Source: a virus
Lineage: Duplodnaviria; Caudoviricetes
Virus record (IMG/VR): IMGVR_UViG_3300022895_000242
Location: 1-53,342 of that record
DNA length: 53,342 nucleotides
Reading direction: 5' to 3' (one strand)
The position numbers and the translations under genes were made by a program. The notes beneath the pieces are model-generated. The model had not been told where the DNA came from, searched no databases, and saw nothing but the letters and a program-made list of their open reading frames with translations. This document shows, one piece after another, positions 46,836 to 53,342 of the stretch. How positions within the stretch are numbered: position 1 is the first letter of the stretch; each line of letters begins with the position of its first letter.

Positions 46836-47050
46836 GCTATCGCCTCCTGTTGTTTTCTTAGGACTTCGGCATACGATGCCGTCACAAAGCTCACATAACG
46901 TACATTATCCTTAATAGCCTCTAACGTGTAGATGATTCCAGTGAATTCATTTAGAATGTTGTACTCAGCAAAACGTTCCTCAAAAACCTCTGTGTCTAGA
47001 AGTATCTCCTGCATTCTTTGCTTAAATGGTGCGGTACTCATGGTTTTCAC
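46832..47050 (-). CDS. Hypothetical protein
   Basis: 72 aa coupled ORF. Confidence 0.6.
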   Translation of the reverse strand: MKTMSTAPFKQRMQEILLDTEVFEERFAEYNILNEFTGIIYTLEAIKDNVRYVSFVTASYAEVLRKQQEAIA

Positions 47051-47219
47051 CTACTTTTACATTAAGATTCACATTATTGATTGCTCTTGTTAATAAAGCT
47101 GTATAAACCATCATGCGTTTAGCTCTATCCTCAGGATAGTTCGCTAACTTATAACGCCCTGCATGCTTGCGATAGATTGCTTTACTTCGCATGATTTGAT
47201 CCAGTGTGCGTTGTTTCAT
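47022..47219 (-). CDS. Hypothetical basic protein
   Basis: 65 aa, AAGGTGAG RBS. Confidence 0.6.
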   Translation of the reverse strand: MKQRTLDQIMRSKAIYRKHAGRYKLANYPEDRAKRMMVYTALLTRAINNVNLNVKVGENHEYRTI

Positions 47220-47446
47220 CCACTCACCTTCTTTCTGATGGCATAACCACCAATCTACCTACAAAACTGTCATCGCAACTGGGGCCCTTCGGCTGTCGCT
47301 CGCAAATGGTCATGGCGTACTGGCTCGGTTTATATAAGTAGATTGCTAGTTCCATCAAGCAGCCCATAATGTTTGGCTAACCAACCAAAGTATTGAGGAT
47401 TATGAACTGCTGGACGGAAGCGAGATTGTTCTCGCAAGCGTCTGGT

Positions 47447-47782
47447 TTATTTGAATGAATCCACTACAGATTTGAATAAAGAATCCTTTGTGCGTTGATA
47501 TTTTGGTAACTCGTCATATCTCATGATGCATGGATGAGTTTTTAGCTCTGGATTTTTTTCTTTTCCGTAAACCCAGCCTTCATCTAGTTTTTGCTGTAAC
47601 CAATTTTCATGGGACATTTCAGGTGTTACATTGTTTTCAAGGTGATACTGTACACCATTTAATGCTGATGATTTTTGCCATTCAGGTGCTTCTTCCCACG
47701 TAGGTTGAGAGAAATCATTTTGACTCTCACAGTAAGCTTTGTTAATGTTGTGACAAATTTTTGCAATTAGTTCTGTATTCAT
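47447..47782 (-). CDS. Stand-alone RyR-domain protein
   Basis: HENW...K..EGWVYG..K....KTHPCI..YDELP..Q..KD is the RyR repeat signature. Confidence 0.88.
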   Translation of the reverse strand: MNTELIAKICHNINKAYCESQNDFSQPTWEEAPEWQKSSALNGVQYHLENNVTPEMSHENWLQQKLDEGWVYGKEKNPELKTHPCIMRYDELPKYQRTKDSLFKSVVDSFK

Positions 47783-47968
47783 TTAATTACCTCCATGTGG
47801 TATAATAGATTTGTATATTAGTCGGCTGTTTAACCCCTCGCTAAAAAGGTTAAGCAGCTTTTTTATTTGCCAAAAACTTCGGATTAGCTTTCTTTTCTAG
47901 CATTAAACTACGAATCTTTTTGTTTAGGTGTAACCAATCCCCTGCTTTAATGTTCATGATTTTCCCTC

Positions 47969-48205
47969 CTATAAATTGATAACCTCACGATTATTTTTAC
48001 TGACTAAATCCACAGCGTATAAGTACAATTCCTTTTGGCGTTCCAATTGCTGGATACGAATAATCGAGTTTTGCATGTCACGACCACGATCAGCAGCTAG
48101 TTGATAACGTCCAACTTTTGTATGGAGTGCAACTTCTTTTACTAAGTCATCCACACACAATTTTTCTTTAGCGATTTGAGTTTCGATTTGTTTTAAAGGA
48201 TCCAT
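47969..48205 (-). CDS. Hypothetical helical protein
   Basis: 78 aa, AGGAGG RBS. Confidence 0.65.
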   Translation of the reverse strand: MDPLKQIETQIAKEKLCVDDLVKEVALHTKVGRYQLAADRGRDMQNSIIRIQQLERQKELYLYAVDLVSKNNREVINL

Positions 48206-48474
48206 GTGAACATACCTCCTATAAATGCTGGTACTAATTGAAGTAATTGAGATACTAGACTCATGTCAATGTTTAACATCATCGCAACCATTACATCCAT
48301 TGCGTTTGTACTTTGTGCTATTTGTAACAGTGTATTAACATCACAAGTGATTTTATTTTTCTCAAGACGACTTACAGTCGATTGTGACAAGTTATTGTTT
48401 AACGCTAGTTCCTCCTGTGACCAGCGCTTTTTCTTCCTACACTCTTTAATGATTTCGCCCACATCTATATTCAT
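48193..48474 (-). CDS. XRE-family HTH regulator
   Basis: WSQEELA....SQSTVSRLEKN. Confidence 0.88.
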   Translation of the reverse strand: MNIDVGEIIKECRKKKRWSQEELALNNNLSQSTVSRLEKNKITCDVNTLLQIAQSTNAMDVMVAMMLNIDMSLVSQLLQLVPAFIGGMFTWIL

Positions 48475-48630
48475 TTATTTCACCTTCCGATTATGCAGTT
48501 TTTGCATAATGCACACCCTGCATAGTAAGTAATTGTATAACTTAGTAATATATAGATAAGAGGTAGTTGCCCCTACCTCTTTTACTAGATTGGTAGTTTG
48601 ACTTGAGGCCATTTGCCCTGGCCTCTTCTA

Positions 48631-48972
48631 TTAAATCGCATTATTAAATCGCATTGCCTTGGGTGCATTTGCCCGCACCCAATTGGTATTTGCATAAATC
48701 CATTCAAACAATAACTCTCTAGGTACTCTAGGATGTCCAAATTCTCTGTTAACCGGAAAGTCTTGTCGATTAAATAATTCAGCGCACTTTGTTTCACCAA
48801 TGCCAGCAAAATCCATAAACTGTGATCTTGTTAATAAAGGCGGAAGGTCGTATTTTGATTGACCATCAGCAACGCCTTTTAAATATGCTCTCTCAGCTAC
48901 TAAAGTTAATTTTCGTTCATACAATTCAAATTCCAAAGATTCAATGTCTTGGGCTTGTTTTTTTATACTCAA
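48631..48972 (-). CDS. Excisionase-like DNA-binding protein
   Basis: PPLLT...GIG....ELF...DFP......RVPRE.L.EW. Confidence 0.65.
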   Translation of the reverse strand: MSIKKQAQDIESLEFELYERKLTLVAERAYLKGVADGQSKYDLPPLLTRSQFMDFAGIGETKCAELFNRQDFPVNREFGHPRVPRELLFEWIYANTNWVRANAPKAMRFNNAI

Positions 48973-49019
48973 TAGAGAACACTCCTTTAACAGTTTTTGT
49001 TTTCTCGGTAGCTATAGCA

Positions 49020-49862
49020 TTAAGCTCCTAATCCTTCTACTTTAATTTTGTGAGTAATAGCCATTTCTTTCACAATTGCTAAGTAGATTTCAACCAGTTT
49101 AGGATCATCAGCAATAACATCAATCTTTTTAAACTTTTCAATCTTTGCTTTAGAAATGATTCCGTTAGATAGAGCTTCTCTTTTACGATTTTCCAAACGA
49201 ATATTTAAACGACAATGACCGCGTTTTTCTAATAACTCATAACTTTCATTTCGCACTAAACGGTACTGTTCACCACCGCCGCGAGCTAAAGCGATTTTGT
49301 TTAGAATGACATTTACCTTGTCCTTCCATTCATTTGGATTTAGCGAAACAATTTGAGTAATGTTTTCTTGTTGTGCTTCTAATTGAGCAGTACGTTGTTC
49401 AACAGCATTTAAACGACGTTCTTGTTCCACACCTTGTTGAGCAATCATGGCGATGATTTCAGCTTGAGTTGGTTGTTGTTTTAACAAGAAAGCTCCTGCC
49501 AATACGTCTTTTGCTTTTAATTGATAGTTCACTAGATTTTTTACAGCTAGTGGATTTGATTCTTGCATTGATGGAGTGATAGAAATTTTTGCTAACCATA
49601 ATGGAAGGAAATCTAATTCGATACACAATACTTCTCTAACCTGACCGTCAAATATGACGGATAGCTTTTTACTACCTTTTGAAAGAACCAAGTCACTTTG
49701 TATGTTTTTGACCTGTCTATCTTTTTGATTTTCGTTAAGTTTAATCCCATTACATACCCAACTAACTGCTGCATGAATTTTACCATCGCCAGTTTTTACT
49801 GCAAGAATTTCATAATCACCGAATGGTACTAACTTTTGTTCAATTACTGCTAATTGATTCAC
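49020..49862 (-). CDS. Antirepressor (P22 Ant N-terminal type)
   Basis: VPFGDYEILAV...W.C.GI...LPLWLAKI...YQLKAKDVLA.AF. Confidence 0.88.
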   Translation of the reverse strand: MNQLAVIEQKLVPFGDYEILAVKTGDGKIHAAVSWVCNGIKLNENQKDRQVKNIQSDLVLSKGSKKLSVIFDGQVREVLCIELDFLPLWLAKISITPSMQESNPLAVKNLVNYQLKAKDVLAGAFLLKQQPTQAEIIAMIAQQGVEQERRLNAVEQRTAQLEAQQENITQIVSLNPNEWKDKVNVILNKIALARGGGEQYRLVRNESYELLEKRGHCRLNIRLENRKREALSNGIISKAKIEKFKKIDVIADDPKLVEIYLAIVKEMAITHKIKVEGLGA

Positions 49863-49933
49863 GGTAAAACCTCCTATGTTTTAAAATTTTCCAATTTTGC
49901 TTTGTATATAGGTTTGTTGGTTCAAAAGAGACA

Positions 49934-50173
49934 TTAAGCGAGTTTTTTTAATTTACAATTAAGCGTATCGCTTAATTTTTTATCAAAAAAATTTATAACA
50001 TCAACCTCCAAGATAGATGCAATAAGTTCTAACTTATTGACATCTAATACAATTTCACCTTTTGAGACTTTAGAATACCATTGAGGTGTATGGCCACAAG
50101 ATCTGGCTATATGAGATTTTGTTACACCTTTTCTTATACGAATTTCTTCAATTCTTAAATAAACAGTAGACAT
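49934..50173 (-). CDS. Cro-like XRE protein (primary switch)
   Basis: HTH, divergent from the repressor; start at MSTVY after AAGGAGGT. Confidence 0.85.
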   Translation of the reverse strand: MSTVYLRIEEIRIRKGVTKSHIARSCGHTPQWYSKVSKGEIVLDVNKLELIASILEVDVINFFDKKLSDTLNCKLKKLA

Positions 50174-50200
50174 AAAATGCACCTCCTTAAAACTATTGAA

Positions 50201-50312
50201 TTAAACGTTTCGTTTAACTTAAGTATAGTATAAATTAAACGAAACGTTAAAGTCAACACAAAATATAAAAATATTAAACTTATCGTTTAGTTTGGTTTAA
50301 CCATACGTTTAA
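50201..50312. promoter_or_regulatory. Four 17-bp operators TTAAACG-N3-CGTTTAA; fifth copy at 49959-49975
   Basis: Sites at 50201-50217, 50235-50251, 50274-50290 and 50296-50312. Confidence 0.82.
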
Positions 50313-50345
50313 TTACGCTATATTAAAGCAAAGAGGTGAGAGAAA

Positions 50346-50774
50346 ATGGCTTTAGGAGAAAGATTAAAAAAAGCTAGAAATGATAAAGGGCTTACTCAAA
50401 TGGAAGCAGCAAAAAAATTAGGTGTTACAAATGGCGCTTTATCTGGATACGAGAGAAATTACAGAGATCCTGATACTAATATGTTGAAAGAAATGGCTGA
50501 ATTGTATGAGGTTTCACTTGATTACCTTGTTGGGAATAAATTCTCCAACCATGAAGTAGGTTTGTCACAAAAAGATGAACGTGATATAGCTAAACGTATG
50601 GATGAACTTCGCAAAGATTTAACATCTGCATCAGGTTTACTATTCAACGGTGAACCAATGTCAGATGAAGCAAAAGAATCTTTATTAGAAGCGATGGAGT
50701 TCGGCATCAGACTTGCAAAGAAAAATAACAAAAAGTACATACCGAAAAAATATCGTGATAATAATGAAGAATAA
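50346..50774 (+). CDS. ImmR/CI-like prophage repressor
   Basis: XRE HTH; C-terminal FNGEPMSDEAKES...KKYIPKKYR; no S24 autoprotease domain. Confidence 0.92.
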   Translation: MALGERLKKARNDKGLTQMEAAKKLGVTNGALSGYERNYRDPDTNMLKEMAELYEVSLDYLVGNKFSNHEVGLSQKDERDIAKRMDELRKDLTSASGLLFNGEPMSDEAKESLLEAMEFGIRLAKKNNKKYIPKKYRDNNEE

Positions 50775-50885
50775 ATTATATCCAATTAAATGTTTGAGTG
50801 ACCATTTATAATATAGCTACCTTATATATTGTTCCAGTAAAACTAGTGGAGCCAAAATTTAAGGGGCTATTTTAATATCCCAAAA

Positions 50886-50899
50886 AGAACGTACATTCT
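50886..50899. promoter_or_regulatory. Imperfect SOS box upstream of the integrase
   Basis: AGAACGTACATTCT, one mismatch to GAAC-N4-GTTC. Confidence 0.5.
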
Positions 50900-50926
50900 T
50901 ATTTTATGTTGATAGGAGGAACATAA

Positions 50927-52141
50927 ATGTTTTGCGAAGAAATCAAACTAAAATCGGGACAAAAGCGTTGGGTTTGTGTAGCAGATGGACCAACTGACCC
51001 AGCTACAGGTAAAAGAAATCAAATTTCACGAAGAGGAAAAACTAAGAAAGAGGCAATGAATCGTGTAAACGAGGTTATAAATTCATTAAAAAAAGATGGA
51101 ATTGATCAAAGAATAGGAAAAAACATGACATTTGATGAATTAGCTACTGAATGGTTAACTACCTATTCATTAACTGGTGTTAAAAGAGCGACAATACGTA
51201 TTCGTGAAACAGAAATAAGAATATTAAACAGTTATATCGCAAAAACTCCGATTGTTAATATTTCCTATTCTGGGTATCAAAAAATAATAAATGAAGTAAC
51301 TTCAAAATATGCAAGAACCACAGTTATTGGAGTTAATACAACAGCTAATATGATTTTTAAATATGCCATTAGAGATAAATTGATTAAAGATAATCCAACA
51401 GTAGGTACAGTTATTCCTAAAAAGAGGAAAACAGTTGAAGAAATTGAATCAGTTCCACTCGAAAAGAAATATCTTGATAATTTAGAGTTAAGCGATTTTT
51501 TGAATGCTGTAACAGAGCATGGCTTAGAGTTAGATATAGAACGTTTCTACCTCCTTGCTTTTTCAGGAATGCGATCTGGAGAACTATGTGCTTTAAGATG
51601 GTCAGATATTGATTTTAAAAATAACACTATAAGGATTACTAAGACTCTCTATAATGAATCAAATAATATGAAGAAATATGAAATAACTCCACCAAAAACT
51701 GAAGGTTCAATCAGAACAATCCAAATGGAAAAAGAGATAATGAATCTTTTAAAATTTCATAGAAAACGGCAGCTGAAAATAACTTCACAATTTCGTATTT
51801 TGAATCCAGATGAATATAATGATGGAAATTTCGTGTTTTGTAGAGCGAATGGTTATCCCTTTGTCCAAAAAAATATAAATGAAAGAATGAATCGTTTGTT
51901 AACCCATACAAGTATCGAAAAATCTGCCACACCACACATATTTAGACACACGCATATTAGTATGATGACTGAGGCTGGTGTAGACTTAACAACTATTATG
52001 GAAAGAGTAGGGCATGATGACGCACAAACTACATTAAAGATTTATACTCATGTTACTAAAAAGATGAAAAATGATGCTTCCGAAAAAATGACAATAACAT
52101 TCGAAAAAGTCATGCAAAATATTAAGTATAATGTATTTTAG
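50927..52141 (+). CDS. int: Tyrosine integrase
   Basis: SGMRSGE, PKT, HIFRHTH, RVGH, IYTH catalytic motifs. Confidence 0.96.
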   Translation: MFCEEIKLKSGQKRWVCVADGPTDPATGKRNQISRRGKTKKEAMNRVNEVINSLKKDGIDQRIGKNMTFDELATEWLTTYSLTGVKRATIRIRETEIRILNSYIAKTPIVNISYSGYQKIINEVTSKYARTTVIGVNTTANMIFKYAIRDKLIKDNPTVGTVIPKKRKTVEEIESVPLEKKYLDNLELSDFLNAVTEHGLELDIERFYLLAFSGMRSGELCALRWSDIDFKNNTIRITKTLYNESNNMKKYEITPPKTEGSIRTIQMEKEIMNLLKFHRKRQLKITSQFRILNPDEYNDGNFVFCRANGYPFVQKNINERMNRLLTHTSIEKSATPHIFRHTHISMMTEAGVDLTTIMERVGHDDAQTTLKIYTHVTKKMKNDASEKMTITFEKVMQNIKYNVF

Positions 52142-52192
52142 AAAAAATGTTTGTTTTATGTTAGTTTTTTCGGTACAAACGTATAATCAACG

Positions 52193-52224
52193 CTTTAAAA
52201 CGTTGATATATCAACGTTTTAAAG
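52193..52224. repeat. 32-bp perfect palindrome next to the presumed att junction
   Basis: CTTTAAAACGTTGATATATCAACGTTTTAAAG, between int and the host gene stop. Confidence 0.8.
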
Positions 52225-52231
52225 TTTTTTA

Positions 52232-52858
52232 TTAAATCATATCCTCAATATTGCCAATACACTTCATTAAAAGCTTTCGACAATAAGGTAATGAATATTG
52301 CACAATATAGCCTGATGTTAAAGCAATCACCACTGTCCCTACACCAACAGGACCTCCAAGCAACCAGCCGAAAATGGTCACTAACACCTCTATACCCATT
52401 CTCGCCGTTTTAATGGTCCCGCCAAATTTTTCAACCAGAATCATCATCAATGTATCACGTGGCCCAGCTCCCATATTGGGTGCAATATACATGCCACAGC
52501 CAAAACTTAAAACAAATAAACCTATCACAAAATAAGTAACCTGTAAGCTATATATATTCGTTGATGGCAATAGCCAATTAAAAACATCTATAAATAATCC
52601 AATTAGTAGCATATTGAGCCATGTTCCTATCTTCGGCCATTGTCGTAAAACAATTGAGGTCGAAGCAACAATAAAAAGGCCTGTTAAAATAGACCACGTC
52701 CCAATCGATAAACCAAAGTTTTGGAATAAACCCACATGCAACACATCCCATGGGCTTGTCCCTACAATCTTCCCCTTAATAGACATAGTAATCCCAAGGG
52801 ACATAACTATTAAGCCGCCTATAAAAAATGCCCAACGCCACCCCATAACTTTTTGCAT
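52232..52858 (-). CDS. yczE: Host YczE/YitT-type membrane protein; probable integration target (3' end)
   Basis: G.SPWDVLH.GL, MGAGPRDTLM, LLGGPVGVGTV motifs; start approximate. Confidence 0.8.
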   Translation of the reverse strand: MQKVMGWRWAFFIGGLIVMSLGITMSIKGKIVGTSPWDVLHVGLFQNFGLSIGTWSILTGLFIVASTSIVLRQWPKIGTWLNMLLIGLFIDVFNWLLPSTNIYSLQVTYFVIGLFVLSFGCGMYIAPNMGAGPRDTLMMILVEKFGGTIKTARMGIEVLVTIFGWLLGGPVGVGTVVIALTSGYIVQYSLPYCRKLLMKCIGNIEDMI

Positions 52859-52959
52859 TTCATAACCCTCTCTATCTATGTATGATTGCTCTAACTGTAC
52901 CACAGTTTCTACAAAAAACGAGGGGATGTGTCTTGCCTTCTCTTATAAAAAAGCTTTGG

Positions 52960-53180
52960 TTACCTGAGCAGTTTTCCTTGCTGGCTGAGCGAATTCTTTG
53001 GCTTCCTGAGCGGTTTCCTTTGCTGGCCGAGCGAATTCTTTGGCTTCCTGAGCGGTTTCCTTTGCTGGCCGAGCAATTTGTTTCTATAGCTGAGCAGTTC
53101 TCCTCGCTAGCCGAGCGGATTTCTTCTCTTCCTGAGCGGTTCTCCCAGTTAGCCGAGCAATTTATTTGGCCTCCTGAGTG
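52960..53180. repeat. Host intergenic degenerate 21-bp tandem repeats (42-bp higher-order unit)
   Basis: (C/T)GAGC recurs every 21 bp; unit CCTGAGCGGTTTCCTTTGCTGGCCGAGCGAATTCTTTGGCTT. Confidence 0.85.
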
Positions 53181-53234
53181 GTTCTTTTTAACAAAGAAAT
53201 GGTTATTAAATTCAAATAAAAAACTACCCACCTT

Positions 53235-53342
53235 TCATTCATGGGTAGTTGTAATCGCTTCCAGCTTTGCTTTCGTGACAGCAATTAAATCAGCTAATTG
53301 TACATGGATTTGCATGCCAATTTTACCAGCGCTAACAATAAT
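53235..53342 (-). CDS. ybaK: C-terminus of host YbaK Cys-tRNA(Pro) deacylase (partial)
   Basis: IIVSAGKIGMQIHVQLADLI...THE*. Confidence 0.8.
   Translation of the reverse strand: MIVSAGKIGMQIHVQLADLIAVTKAKLEAITTTHE

Larger units (their letters stand above)
1..52230 (-). mobile_element. Temperate siphovirus prophage (A118/SPP1-like morphogenesis); left att outside the window
   Basis: Colinear integrase, immunity, replication, packaging, head, tail and lysis modules; host-type genes resume at 52232. Confidence 0.97.

Noticed and set aside
52960-53180. Possible CRISPR array, or the 119 aa ORF 52872-53231
   Set aside because: Contiguous degenerate 21-bp units with no unique spacers and no cas genes; the ORF is just the repeat translated

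Overview
Almost the whole window (about 1-52230) is one apparently near-complete temperate siphovirus prophage with an A118/SPP1-like head and tail, read right to left on the - strand. The host is a low-GC Bacillaceae member; Lysinibacillus is my impression, not a database result. Order from the right: tyrosine integrase, ImmR-like repressor/Cro/antirepressor switch, YqaJ-RecT, replisome organiser plus DnaC loader, SSB, dUTPase, late activator, terminase, portal, head, tail, holins, M15 endolysin, cargo, SOS-boxed YolD genes. The element abuts the 3' end of a host YczE-type membrane gene; the other att site lies left of the window. Most notable items: (1) a 195-nt tRNA-shaped RNA with a very large structured insert just downstream of the late promoter; (2) a second complete repressor/Cro/antirepressor switch with its own five operators, inside a 5.3 kb insertion between the tail chaperone and tape-measure genes, flanked by two paralogous attenuator-led mini-proteins; (3) two secreted paralogues sharing N- and C-terminal domains but with swapped Ig/FN3 middles; (4) a duplicated hairpin-flanked cargo slot behind the lysin, carrying a Panacea TA pair; (5) candidate defence and anti-defence genes (HEPN, DUF2829/Tad2-like, RyR-domain); (6) recurring antisense micro-transcription units. 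All family calls are from motif recognition by eye; no searches or folding programs were run.
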